Shown: positions 1-8,768 of the stretch, in pieces
Layout of the letters: every line of letters starts with the position of its first letter
How positions within the stretch are numbered: position 1 is the first letter of the stretch
Assembly (NCBI GenBank): GCA_942493095.1
Contig: OW818675.1
Span: forward strand, 1,230,001-1,262,000
Length of the DNA stretch: 32,000 nucleotides
DNA from: Candidatus Electronema halotolerans
GTDB taxonomy: Bacteria; Desulfobacterota; Desulfobulbia; Desulfobulbales; Desulfobulbaceae
Direction of reading: 5' to 3'
Program-made: the position numbers and the translations under genes
Notes under the pieces: model-generated
Database searches by the model: none
What the model saw: the letters and a program-made list of their open reading frames with translations, nothing else
Told to the model about the DNA's origin: nothing

Positions 1-965
1 CGACAGCCGGACCCGGAAAAATCATAGCCAAAATTCCAGCCCCAGAGCGTGGCCGGATGCGGGCCGCTCTGTGCTGCTGCCAGCACTTGTTTCCGCAGCG
101 ATTCCAGCTCGTCTTCAGTCAAGCTGCGCTGCGGCAATTCTGGCCGCAGCCCGAACTGTTCTGCCAAAACCACGATCATGCGCTGATAATAGAGATGGCG
201 CAGGCCCCGCATGTCGGTCAGGCTCAGATCAGCGGTGCAATAGCGGACTGCGTCATGAGCCATGTTGGCCGCGTAATGACCCCAAGGAATATATGAATTG
301 CGGCGCAGGTACTCGAAAACATGCGTTTCCTCTTGGGCAAAGCGACCGACAATCTCGCTGCCGCCCTGCACGCCGGGCCGCAGAACCATGACTTCCTTCC
401 AGCGGCTTGGCAGATGCGGGTTGTTGGCAATGGTTTCAAACAGCTCAAAATCGTCAATGTCGGCCTTGCCGGGCCGCAGATAGCGCAGGCCAATCGGCTC
501 ACCATCGGCATCAAACTCCATCCGGCAGCAGTCTTTGGCCAGCAGCACCAGCTCTGCCGGGTCAGTCGAATTGGCAGCAAGAGCGTATTTGAGCGGCAGG
601 GGCAGGCGGCTGATCATGCTCTGCCGCTCTGTGTCATTCAAATCAAGCGACTGGGCCAGCGAGCAGTCCGGCGGCGGCGCAATCCTGATCATGCTTGGAT
701 CAGCGGCCCGCGCCGCCGCCCAGCCAGAGTCAATATAGGTCGCGCCAAGAAAGGGAAAAGCATTGGGAATTTCGTAAATCCAGCGGCCTGCCTGCTCCTC
801 CACATCGCCGGGCGGAAAATTGGCCTGATTGACAACAGCGGCCTCATTCGGCAGACTGCCAAGGCGGAGGAAAAAATCCTGGTCGCGCAAATTGCGGACA
901 CGATAGCTGGGCCGGTGCAGGCCGACTTTGAATTTGCCCGTTGATGTCACACAGGTTTTCAGCAT
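1..965 (-). CDS. Hypothetical protein, partial; runs off the left edge of the window
   Basis: Continuous reverse-strand reading frame from ATG at 965-963 (MLKTCVTSTGKFKVGLHRPSYRVRNLRDQDFSSAFGSLPNEAAVVNQANFPPGDVEEQAGRWIYEIPNAFPFLGATYIDSGW...) with no stop down to base 1. It is absent from the ORF track because it is incomplete. Amino-acid composition looks more natural than the overlapping forward ORFs. Confidence 0.7.
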   Translation of the reverse strand, partial: MLKTCVTSTGKFKVGLHRPSYRVRNLRDQDFFLRLGSLPNEAAVVNQANFPPGDVEEQAGRWIYEIPNAFPFLGATYIDSGWAAARAADPSMIRIAPPPDCSLAQSLDLNDTERQSMISRLPLPLKYALAANSTDPAELVLLAKDCCRMEFDADGEPIGLRYLRPGKADIDDFELFETIANNPHLPSRWKEVMVLRPGVQGGSEIVGRFAQEETHVFEYLRRNSYIPWGHYAANMAHDAVRYCTADLSLTDMRGLRHLYYQRMIVVLAEQFGLRPELPQRSLTEDELESLRKQVLAAAQSGPHPATLWGWNFGYDFSGSGC

Positions 966-1105
966 GGCGGTGGTCCGGCAGTTGACGGAAAGGAACAGAT
1001 TGACGGAAAAACGTTGCGCGCTGGAAAAAATTCAGGTCATAATAGACTATATAATATGATTTTTCACCTCATTTTCAGCTCCGCCGCAGAGCGCGCCGCC
1101 AAGCT

Positions 1106-2221
1106 ATGGGAGTCCCAAGAGTAATTTTTCGGGTCTGCGAGACCCTAAACTGTCCGAAATTTCAGTACGGAGACTCCTTCACTGTGTCCGGCGTGGCCGT
1201 GATGATGCGCAACAACGGCGACAGCTCCTTTGTCACCAGCACGGCTGTTCATGCCAATCAGAACCGCGACAACTGTGAAATCCTCTACGGCGATTTAGTC
1301 CGCCTGATCATCAAATACGAGCGAGCCGACCAAATCCCGGACTGCCTGATTTCATGCACCGGCTGCACCGGCTCGCTCCGCATTGAACATTACCGATATC
1401 CCAAGAAAAAGCAGGAACAGGAGGAGCTGGGAAAAACTAACAAGGAAGTGGCTGTTCTTGTTGAAAGTCTGGCAAGATTTCCTTTTTTTCAAATCATCAG
1501 CACCGACAGCCTGCATGAAGTGCTGCGCAATGCCAAGGTTGAGGATTTTAAAAAAGATGACATCGTCATCCGTCAGGGTGCTCTTGGCACAAAACTCTAT
1601 ATTCTCGCCAAAGGCAAGGTCAATATTCTCAATGACACCGGCATCTCTATCTCCACTTTAGCAGAAGGCGAGGTTTTTGGCGAGATGAGCCTGATCTGCG
1701 ACGAGAATATCGGGGCTACGGTGCAGGCGGCCAGCGATGCGAAAATCGTCAGCATTGACTACCGGGATTTTCAATTCATTCTGGATCGCTATCCGGCCAT
1801 GCTCCGCTATTTCATCCGGCTGATGGCCCAGCGCCTGAGCCGGTCCAATAAAATCCGCTTTGATGACTACGCCTCCGGCATGATCGGCAGACTTGAGGAA
1901 ATTCCGCCTGAAGCCCTGTTTCAAACTCTGCATGCCAATGCCAAAACCGGCATTCTCACCATAACCGAAGTGCCCAAAGGCACAGGACGTTTTTCGCTGC
2001 GCCAAGGCGGGCTGATCAAAGCCTCCTATGACGGCCAGAAAGGCACGGAGGCTTTTTTCAGAATCCTCCGGGAGAAAAAAGGGCGGTTCAAATTCAATCC
2101 TGGCCTGCCGCCTGCGGATTTTGACGCGCCGGAACTGGGCTATTTCATGAAACTGCTCATGGAAGGGCTTCAGCGGCTCGATGAAGGAAAAGCCGCCAGT
2201 GCCGCAGCAAAATCAAGCTGA
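1106..2221 (+). CDS. Cyclic nucleotide-binding (cNMP-like) domain protein with a C-terminal DUF4388-like domain
   Basis: 371 aa. Central cNMP-like segment 'FPFFQIISTDSLHEVLRNAKVEDFKKDDIVIRQGALGTKLYILAKGKVNI...LAEGEVFGEMSLICDE...A' and DUF4388-like C-terminus 'GRLEEIPPEALFQTLHANAKTGILTI...GRFSLRQGGLIKASYDGQKGTEAFFRIL'. Confidence 0.8.
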   Translation: MGVPRVIFRVCETLNCPKFQYGDSFTVSGVAVMMRNNGDSSFVTSTAVHANQNRDNCEILYGDLVRLIIKYERADQIPDCLISCTGCTGSLRIEHYRYPKKKQEQEELGKTNKEVAVLVESLARFPFFQIISTDSLHEVLRNAKVEDFKKDDIVIRQGALGTKLYILAKGKVNILNDTGISISTLAEGEVFGEMSLICDENIGATVQAASDAKIVSIDYRDFQFILDRYPAMLRYFIRLMAQRLSRSNKIRFDDYASGMIGRLEEIPPEALFQTLHANAKTGILTITEVPKGTGRFSLRQGGLIKASYDGQKGTEAFFRILREKKGRFKFNPGLPPADFDAPELGYFMKLLMEGLQRLDEGKAASAAAKSS

Positions 2222-2303
2222 ACGTTCCCCTCTTCCGCCGCATCCCCTGCGCAATCTCCAATCCCAGCGAATTCCTTTTTGAAATTTTCCTCCTGCCCTG
2301 CCC

Positions 2304-2333
2304 TTGACACAGGCAATCTCGATATGCTATCCT
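2304..2333 (+). promoter_or_regulatory. Candidate sigma70 promoter upstream of the first Met-rich protein gene
   Basis: TTGACA (2304-2309), 18-nt spacer, TATCCT (2328-2333). Confidence 0.45.
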
Positions 2334-2427
2334 TATATTAATGAAGGAACGGTTCCAAGCCACAGGAGAGGATCGGAACCTGCAACCTTAAAAAGCAGCA
2401 TGATATGATAAAAGGGAGGAGAGTGCA

Positions 2428-2772
2428 ATGGAGACTATCAAGAGAGCAGCCCGCAGGATTGCGTTTGGAATTGCAGCATTTACTTCTGTAATGACCGCCA
2501 GTTCAGCTTCAGCTTTTACAGTTGACCCTGAAATCATGAATATGATTAACGGCATAATCGTCAATATGCAGCAGCAGACTATGAATGAATTGTATCCGCA
2601 GGCTCCGCTGCAGAATCAAATGCGGGGCAAAATGATGCAGGAATTCTCTTCCAAGCTGATCCTGATGAATAAGATTCAGCCTGTGATGATGAATCAGGTT
2701 GTCAACAGCACCAAAATGACACTGATGGAGAGCGTGGTTGACAGGCCCATCCCGCTGCCAGGCAATCCCTGA
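2428..2772 (+). CDS. Small secreted Met-rich protein, unknown function
   Basis: 114 aa with signal peptide-like N-terminus (RIAFGIAAFTSVMTASSASA). Mature part is Met/Gln/Asn-rich. Related in layout to the gene at 3138-3605. Confidence 0.75.
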   Translation: METIKRAARRIAFGIAAFTSVMTASSASAFTVDPEIMNMINGIIVNMQQQTMNELYPQAPLQNQMRGKMMQEFSSKLILMNKIQPVMMNQVVNSTKMTLMESVVDRPIPLPGNP

Positions 2773-2804
2773 ACCTTAGAAGAAGAGATGAGACAGTGCA
2801 AACT

Positions 2805-2835
2805 GGAGGAGCTTCCCGGCTTCTCCTGTTTTTTT
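2805..2835 (+). terminator. Rho-independent terminator after the first Met-rich gene
   Basis: GGAGGAGCT-TCCC-GGCTTCTCC stem (one G-T pair in the middle, one at the loop) followed by a run of Ts. Confidence 0.65.
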
Positions 2836-3137
2836 GTCTGCGGCCTGCCGGGCGCCTTGACTTCCTAAGAACCTGTGTGCTATTGTATTTTATACACAGA
2901 TAAAACGCCCGCAGTTATGAAATATGAGCAGTTGATGTTATTTCAAGCGGCAAGCCAGGTTGTCTTGAATAGTATTTTTCAATGATTGCAGTTTTGTCTG
3001 CGCAGTCTTTCTATGGGCGATGCAGGCCGGATTCGCAGCAGCTGCGGAAGGAAATGACAATTCCGATTTTCAATCAAAAAGATGCTTTTTCAATGCGTGG
3101 CAGAGATGCTATTGCGGAAAAGGAGGAGCGAACAAGG

Positions 3138-3605
3138 ATGAAAACGCTGAAGAGAATGACAGCCAAGCTCATGCTGGGCACTGCGGCTGCTGCTTTGATG
3201 CTGATGGCCGTTCCGGTGCAGGCATTGGAATTTGACCCGAACACCCTGAAGACCATCGATGAGATGATCATGAAAATGCAGCAGGAGACCATGCAGCAGC
3301 AGTATGAAGCCATGCCGCTCCGCCGGGAGCTGCCGGGCAAGATGATGAACAACATGTCCAACTACGCTTCCAATGCCTACCGGCAGAACATTCAGCCGCA
3401 GATGGTCCAGTCGATTATCGGCACCATGCGGCCTTGGGAATTTCCTGCCAAGTTCAGACAGGCCATGATGCCGTCAGTTGTCGGGCAGATGAGCGGGCAG
3501 ATCAAGCAGATTCAGCTCCAATACATGCAGCAGGGCATTGCTGATCCATCTTTTCCCAATGTGATTCCTCGTTCGTCCGCACAGCAGGACCAGCAACAGC
3601 AATAG
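3138..3605 (+). CDS. Secreted Met/Gln-rich protein, paralogue-like to 2428-2772
   Basis: 155 aa from ATG 3138, preceded by AGGAGGAG. Signal peptide MKTLKRMTAKLMLGTAAAALMLMAVPVQA. Mature region 'LEFDPNTLKTIDEMIMKMQQETMQQQYEAMPLRRELPGKMMNNM' parallels 'FTVDPEIMNMINGIIVNMQQQTMNELYPQAPLQNQMRGKMMQEF' of the neighbour. Confidence 0.75.
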   Translation: MKTLKRMTAKLMLGTAAAALMLMAVPVQALEFDPNTLKTIDEMIMKMQQETMQQQYEAMPLRRELPGKMMNNMSNYASNAYRQNIQPQMVQSIIGTMRPWEFPAKFRQAMMPSVVGQMSGQIKQIQLQYMQQGIADPSFPNVIPRSSAQQDQQQQ

Positions 3606-3629
3606 TCAGAGCATTTGCTCCTGAATGCA

Positions 3630-3670
3630 GACAACCCTGCCGCATCTACGGCTGGGTTGTCTGTTTTTTT
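3630..3670 (+). terminator. Rho-independent terminator
   Basis: GACAACCC-TGCCG...CGGC-TGGGTTGTC hairpin followed by TGTTTTTTT. Confidence 0.65.
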
Positions 3671-4884
3671 GTCAGTTCCTGCCGCACGGCATTTAACGCC
3701 GCCGCCGCTGTCATTTCTTGAATTTCATTTCTGCTGCCGTGAAAATGATGCAGGACCGAGCTGACCTTGTTCCTGCAAAACAGGCCGACATGGACTGTGC
3801 CGACCGGCTTTTCCTCACTGCCGCCGCTTGGTCCGGCAATGCCGGTGACAGCCACCGTGATCTCCGCCCCTGACTGCTTGGCCATGCCGACAGCCATTGC
3901 CTCAGCGACCGGGCCGCTGACTGCCCCGTGGCTGCGCAGCAGCTCCGCATCCACCTTGAGCAGCACTTCTTTCAGATGATTGGAATAGGCGGTCACGCCG
4001 CCGACAAACCATTGTGAGCTGCCCGGCACTGCCGTGATTTTGGTGCTGATCAGGCCGCCAGTGCAGGACTCGGCTGCCGCCAGCATCAATTTGCGCTCCC
4101 GCAGCAATTTGCCCACTGCTTCGGCCAAGGTTTCCTGATCAATGCCGTACATCCAGCCGCCCAAAGCGGTGCGGATGCGTTGATCCGCCTCGCTGAACAC
4201 CGTGTCCGCCTCTGGCCCGGCCACGTTCAAGCTGACATGCACCTCGCCGCCGACCGGATAATAGCCAATGGCCGCCCTGCCCTCCTGCTCCAGCTCTGCC
4301 AGCCGCTGGTTGATCTCGCACTCAGACAGGCCGACCGTGCGATAGAGCCGCATCCGTATTGCTCTGCTGCTGCCGGGCTTGGCCGCCAAACGGGGCAGCA
4401 CGGTCTCAGTCAGCAGTTTGGCCGCCTGCCCCGGCACCCCAGGCAGAAAAAAGACCGGCACCGCATCATGCACCAAAACATGGCCTGACATTCGGGCTTC
4501 AGTATTGAGCACCTCAGCCCCTTCCGGCAGCCAGGCCAGCTTTTCCAAGGATTGATGCTGACAGGCCTCGCCCCAAGGCTGGGCGCGGATGCGGGCCAGC
4601 AGCTCCTGATTAAGGGTCGCTGGCCGATGCAGGGCCGCAGAGACCGCCTCGTTGGTCAGGTCATCTGTGGTCGGCCCCAGCCCGCCAGTGACAATGACAA
4701 AATCCGCTTCCTGAATTGCCTGTTTGAGCACCTCGCCGATCAGCTTGGCACTGTCGCCGACTGTGTGCATGGCCGTCACCTGATGCCCGGCCAGAAACAG
4801 TTCGCGGGCCGCCAAGGTGCTGGTGCTGTTGACAATTCGCCCGCAGGTCAGCTCGTCGCCAATGGCGATGATTTCTCCGATCAT
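3646..4884 (-). CDS. cinA: CinA family protein (competence/damage-inducible protein; nicotinamide-nucleotide amidase)
   Basis: 412 aa. N-terminal 'MIGEIIAIGDELTCGRIVNSTSTLAARELFLAGHQVTAMHTVGD...VTGGLGPTTDDLT' and C-terminal 'LMLAAAESCTGGLISTKITAVPGSSQWFVGGVTAYSN...VTGIAGPSGGSEEKPVGTVH' CinA signatures. Confidence 0.95.
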   Translation of the reverse strand: MIGEIIAIGDELTCGRIVNSTSTLAARELFLAGHQVTAMHTVGDSAKLIGEVLKQAIQEADFVIVTGGLGPTTDDLTNEAVSAALHRPATLNQELLARIRAQPWGEACQHQSLEKLAWLPEGAEVLNTEARMSGHVLVHDAVPVFFLPGVPGQAAKLLTETVLPRLAAKPGSSRAIRMRLYRTVGLSECEINQRLAELEQEGRAAIGYYPVGGEVHVSLNVAGPEADTVFSEADQRIRTALGGWMYGIDQETLAEAVGKLLRERKLMLAAAESCTGGLISTKITAVPGSSQWFVGGVTAYSNHLKEVLLKVDAELLRSHGAVSGPVAEAMAVGMAKQSGAEITVAVTGIAGPSGGSEEKPVGTVHVGLFCRNKVSSVLHHFHGSRNEIQEMTAAAALNAVRQELTKKQTTQP

Positions 4885-5024
4885 TGCTGCTGTCCTGAAA
4901 AAAAGTCTTTTTTGTTCCGCTTAGTTTACTCTATTATAGCGGATAATTTGAAGCAAATTTTCAGGATCATGTATTCGCAATTCATGCCCCCAAGCCCGGC
5001 TGTCAGTTATGCGGCGGTCGGAGA

Positions 5025-5048
5025 AAATTGTTGACAGAAAAACAATTT
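5025..5048. promoter_or_regulatory. Perfect inverted repeat overlapping the -35 of the hyp promoter; candidate operator
   Basis: AAATTGTT-gacagaaa-AACAATTT. Confidence 0.5.
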
Positions 5049-5059
5049 CGTCTTATGCT
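5031..5059 (+). promoter_or_regulatory. Sigma70-like promoter of the hyp operon
   Basis: TTGACA (5031-5036), 17-nt spacer, TATGCT (5054-5059). Confidence 0.6.
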
Positions 5060-5146
5060 GGACGGAAAATGATGGCTCATGCAGTTATTCCAAACAGTTG
5101 CCTGTTTACGCGGATATGCTGGGCCAAGTCTGGTATAATCGCATCC

Positions 5147-5515
5147 ATGCACGAATTCAGCATTTGCCATGCCTTGGTTGAGAAGGTGCTCGAAGAGGCG
5201 GCCCGGCTTGAGCCGCCCGCGCTCCGGGTCTGCAAGACCGGTGTGGCCTGCGGCAGCCTGCGGCAAATCGTGCCGGAATACCTTCAGACTGCCTACACTG
5301 CCCTGACCAAGGGCACCATTGCCGAGGACTCGCTGCTGGAGATTCGGGAAATCCCGGCGGCAGGCCGCTGCGGCTGCTGCGGCTGGCAGGGCGAGCTGCC
5401 GAACAATGTCTTTGCCTGTCCAGCCTGCGCCGCGCCAATCGCGGATATGTGTGCCGGGCAGGAATTATATCTGGAAAACATAGAGCTGGAGCAGGATGAC
5501 GAGACGGGAAATTAA
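5147..5515 (+). CDS. hypA: Hydrogenase maturation nickel metallochaperone HypA
   Basis: Starts MHEFSICHALVEKVLEEAARLEP, with two CxxC-type zinc motifs 'CGCCGWQGEL...VFACPAC'. The track ORF (5009-5515) begins upstream of the real start. Confidence 0.93.
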   Translation: MHEFSICHALVEKVLEEAARLEPPALRVCKTGVACGSLRQIVPEYLQTAYTALTKGTIAEDSLLEIREIPAAGRCGCCGWQGELPNNVFACPACAAPIADMCAGQELYLENIELEQDDETGN

Positions 5516-6149
5516 GGTCTATCAGGAGCTGATGGGCGACAATGCGCACTGGGCGCAGCAGACGCGGGACTTGCTGGCCAAACAGCAGCTGGCCATGATC
5601 AACCTGATCGGCTCGCCCGGCTGCGGCAAGACCGCCCTGCTGGAGCGGCTGGCCGAGCAGCCCGATCTCCGCTTTGCCGTCTTGGAAGGAGACATTGAGA
5701 CCACCAACGATGCCGAGCGGCTGGCCCGGAAAAACGTGCTGGCCAGCCAGCTCCTGACCAAGGGCAGCTGCCACTTGGAGGCCAAGCTGGTCCATCATGC
5801 CCTCCGCGACCTGCCCTTGGCCGAGCTGGATTTGGTGGTGGTGGAGAATGTCGGCAATCTGGTCTGCCCGGCTGAGTTTGACATTGGCGAGCAGGCCAAA
5901 ATCGCTGTCCTCAGCGTGACCGAAGGCGAGGACAAGCCGCTCAAATACCCGCTCCTCTTTCGCGAGGCCAAGGCTGTCATCCTCTCCAAAATAGACCTGC
6001 TGCCCCACCTGCGTTTTGATCTTGAGGCGTGCATTGCCAATGTCCGCACGATCAACGGTGCTGTGCCCTTGTTTCATCTCTCCTCCGCCTCCGGGGCAGG
6101 CATGGACGATTTTACCGCCTGGCTGGGCAAGGAAATTCTGCATGGTTAA
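5496..6149 (+). CDS. hypB: Hydrogenase nickel incorporation GTPase HypB
   Basis: 217 aa. P-loop 'NLIGSPGCGKTALLE', 'LEGDIETTNDAERL', 'VVENVGNLVCPAEFDIGE', 'SVTEGEDKPLKYP'. Overlaps the hypA end. Confidence 0.95.
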   Translation: MTRREIKVYQELMGDNAHWAQQTRDLLAKQQLAMINLIGSPGCGKTALLERLAEQPDLRFAVLEGDIETTNDAERLARKNVLASQLLTKGSCHLEAKLVHHALRDLPLAELDLVVVENVGNLVCPAEFDIGEQAKIAVLSVTEGEDKPLKYPLLFREAKAVILSKIDLLPHLRFDLEACIANVRTINGAVPLFHLSSASGAGMDDFTAWLGKEILHG

Positions 6150-8484
6150 GCGAGTCAGAGCCATAATCAGCGGGCGGGTGCAGGGAGTCGGCTTCCGCCC
6201 GGCTGTGCACCGTCATGCCTGCCAAGCTGGCTTGGTCGGTTTTGTCGCCAACACTGCTCGCGGGGTGCTGACCGAAGTGCAGGGCAGCGCGGAGCAGATT
6301 GAGGGTTTTCTTCGCATACTGAAAGAAAATCCGCCGCCGCAGGCCCGGATTGAGGCGGTGGAGCTGACCGAGCTGCCGCCAAACCGGGAAAGCGGCTTTC
6401 AGATTCTGCCCAGCAGGCTGGCAGACAGCACGGTGCTCAGTCCGCCGCCTGACCTGTCCACCTGCGCCCAATGCGGGCGGGAAATCTTTACCCAGGACAA
6501 CCGCCGCTGGCATTATCCCTTCACCAACTGCACCGACTGCGGCCCTCGCTTCACGATCATTGAGGCCCTGCCTTATGACCGCGAGCGCACGGCCATGAAA
6601 GCCTTTGCCATGTGTCAAGAATGCCTTGCCGAATATCGCTCCCCGGCCCGCCGCCGCTTTGAGGCCCAGCCCAATGCCTGCCCGGACTGCGGCCCGCAGC
6701 TCCTGCTCTTGAACAGCCAGGGACAGGCTGTGGAAGGCGACCCTCTCAGCCAAGCGGCCAGCCTGCTCCAAGCCGGAGCAATTGTCGCGGTCAAAGGGCT
6801 GGGCGGCTATCATTTAGCCTGCTCCGCTGCTGACCTCACTGCCATCCGGCGGCTGCGCACGGCCAAGCAACGTCCGGCCAAGCCGTTGGCAGTCATGTTC
6901 GCCTCATTTGCCCAACTTGAACGCTTCTGCACGGTCGGGAAAGCCGAACGAGCTGCGCTGGCCTCCTGCGCCGGGCCGGTTGTGGTCTGCAAACGAAGTC
7001 TTGGCTGCGCCCTACCGCCAGAGATCGCCCCGGACAGCGAGGACATTGGCGCGCTGCTTCCCTACACAGCTCTGCATCATCTGCTGCTCTGTGAAAGCGG
7101 GCCGTTAGTGCTGACCAGCGGCAACTGCGGCGGTCAGCCTTTGGCCAAGGATGAACACGAGCTGGCTGAAATCTTTCCGGCCATCGCCTCCCATGCCCTG
7201 ACCCATGACCGGGCCATTGTCCGCCGCTGCGATGATTCGGTGCTCCGCTTTGCTGACCAGCAGCAGATCGTCATCCGCCGGGCACGCGGCTATGTGCCCG
7301 ACCCGATCCAGCTTCCCTTCACCGGCCCGCCGGTGCTGGCCTGCGGCAGCGACCAAAAGAACACCTTCTGCCTCACACGCGGCAGCCAAGCCTTTCTTTC
7401 CCAGCATATCGGCGATCTGAAAGAATTCCAAACCTTTCAGTTCTTCTCCGAGGCGGTTGCTGATTTCAAGACCCTCTTGGCAATAGAGCCGGAACTGGCC
7501 GCCTGCGACCTCCATCCTGATTACCGCAGCACCCGCTTTGCTTTTGCCCTGAAAGACATTTGTCACAGTCCAGTCCGAGTTCAGCATCATCATGCCCATA
7601 TCGCCTCCTGCATGGCCGAGAACAGACTGAGCGGCCCGGTGATTGGCGTGGCCTTTGACGGCAGCGGCGCAGGCTTGGACGGCACAGTCTGGGGCGGCGA
7701 GTTTCTTATTGCTGATTACTGCGGCTTTGAGCGGGCCGCGCATTTGAAACCCTATCCCATGCCGGGCGGCAGCCGGGTGGTGCTGGAGCCGCAGCGCATG
7801 GCTCTGAGCTGTCTGGCGGCTGAATTCCCTGCTTCTTGGCCCGCATTGGCCAAAACCTTGCTGCCCGGCGTGACTGTCGAGGATTGCCGCTGCTTGGTCT
7901 CGCTGTCTCACAGCCGGATTCATGCGCCGCTGACCTCAAGCTGCGGACGGCTCTTTGACGCGGTCGCCGCATTGATGGGCATCTGCGCCACCTGTTCTTA
8001 TGAAGGGCAGGCCGCAGTCCGGCTGGAGGGACTGACCAAGCCTGACCTGCATGAGCGTTATTCCTTTGCGCTGGAACTGGACAAGCAGCCCATGCAGCTC
8101 TCCTTTGCCCCGGCCTTTGCCGAGCTGGTCGCTGATCTGCAAAAAAAGACGGAACAGGCAGTGATTGCCACCCGCTTCCACAACGCCATCAGCGCGGCCA
8201 TTGTTGCGGTCTGTGAGGAACTGCGTCAGCAGCAGGGTCTGAATACGGTTGCCCTGTCCGGCGGGGTCTTTCAAAATGCCTTTCTGCTCAAGCGTGTCTG
8301 CGCCGGGCTGCGGGAGAAAGAGTTTGCCGTCTTCTGTCATCAGGCGGTGCCGCCCAATGACGGCGGCCTGTCGCTGGGACAGGCGGCGGTTGCCCTTGCG
8401 CAACATGCGGAGCGGGAAAGCAGCCCCCATCTTGCCGAGCTGGGCGGAACTGAGCCGGAGTTGCAGGATATTCCTCGGCGGTAA
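6142..8484 (+). CDS. hypF: Carbamoyltransferase HypF
   Basis: 780 aa from MVKRVRAIISGRVQGVGFRPAVHRHA (acylphosphatase domain). Zinc fingers 'CAQCGREI...CTDCGPRFTI'. YrdC-like part 'VKGLGGYHLAC'. Kae1-like part 'HHHAHIASCMAEN' and 'ALSGGVFQNAFLL'. Confidence 0.95.
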   Translation: MVKRVRAIISGRVQGVGFRPAVHRHACQAGLVGFVANTARGVLTEVQGSAEQIEGFLRILKENPPPQARIEAVELTELPPNRESGFQILPSRLADSTVLSPPPDLSTCAQCGREIFTQDNRRWHYPFTNCTDCGPRFTIIEALPYDRERTAMKAFAMCQECLAEYRSPARRRFEAQPNACPDCGPQLLLLNSQGQAVEGDPLSQAASLLQAGAIVAVKGLGGYHLACSAADLTAIRRLRTAKQRPAKPLAVMFASFAQLERFCTVGKAERAALASCAGPVVVCKRSLGCALPPEIAPDSEDIGALLPYTALHHLLLCESGPLVLTSGNCGGQPLAKDEHELAEIFPAIASHALTHDRAIVRRCDDSVLRFADQQQIVIRRARGYVPDPIQLPFTGPPVLACGSDQKNTFCLTRGSQAFLSQHIGDLKEFQTFQFFSEAVADFKTLLAIEPELAACDLHPDYRSTRFAFALKDICHSPVRVQHHHAHIASCMAENRLSGPVIGVAFDGSGAGLDGTVWGGEFLIADYCGFERAAHLKPYPMPGGSRVVLEPQRMALSCLAAEFPASWPALAKTLLPGVTVEDCRCLVSLSHSRIHAPLTSSCGRLFDAVAALMGICATCSYEGQAAVRLEGLTKPDLHERYSFALELDKQPMQLSFAPAFAELVADLQKKTEQAVIATRFHNAISAAIVAVCEELRQQQGLNTVALSGGVFQNAFLLKRVCAGLREKEFAVFCHQAVPPNDGGLSLGQAAVALAQHAERESSPHLAELGGTEPELQDIPRR

Positions 8485-8491
8485 ACTGGCA

Positions 8492-8514
8492 GGGTGCATT
8501 CCATGCACCCTTTT
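8492..8514 (+). terminator. Terminator after hypF
   Basis: GGGTGCAT-tcc-ATGCACCC-TTTT, a perfect 8-bp stem. Confidence 0.65.
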
Positions 8515-8531
8515 CTGGTGCTGCACGACTG

Positions 8532-8639
8532 AGTCTTAATCATGAAGTTGCCGCGTTCTTCAGAAACTGCGGCAAAGGCTGGCAAGACAAGCTGAACGAC
8601 ATTCTTCAGCGGTATGTGGATTCACAGAGGATGGCATAA
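8532..8639 (+). pseudogene. 3' remnant of a BrnA-like antitoxin gene
   Basis: In-frame peptide 'SLNHEVAAFFRNCGKGWQDKLNDILQRYVDSQRMA*' matches the C-terminal pattern of BrnA-type antitoxins (VxxFFrxxGkGWQxrxNdxLrxYv). It is short and has no start codon or cognate toxin gene. Confidence 0.55.
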
Positions 8640-8768
8640 GCAGAAAATGCTGGATGTTCTTTGTTTTGATATGCTATCCTAAAGCGGCCTGATTAACAAA
8701 CAAAAGCCTTTTCGCATCCTGCGCAGCCATATCTCGTATAGAGGTAAAAACGTAAAAGAGGTTTATTC

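Noticed and set aside
321-944. 207-aa forward ORF and other forward ORFs at the left edge
   Set aside because: They are antisense to a continuous reverse-strand reading frame with more natural composition that runs off the window edge.
2428-3605. Assignment of the Met-rich proteins to nickel-containing conductive fibres of cable bacteria
   Set aside because: Attractive if the host is a cable bacterium, but nothing in the sequence establishes either the taxonomy or the function. Kept only as a general metal/structural hypothesis.
5157-6164. 335-aa reverse ORF, plus large reverse ORFs at 6112-6813 and 7105-7923
   Set aside because: Antisense to unambiguous hypA, hypB and hypF coding sequence.
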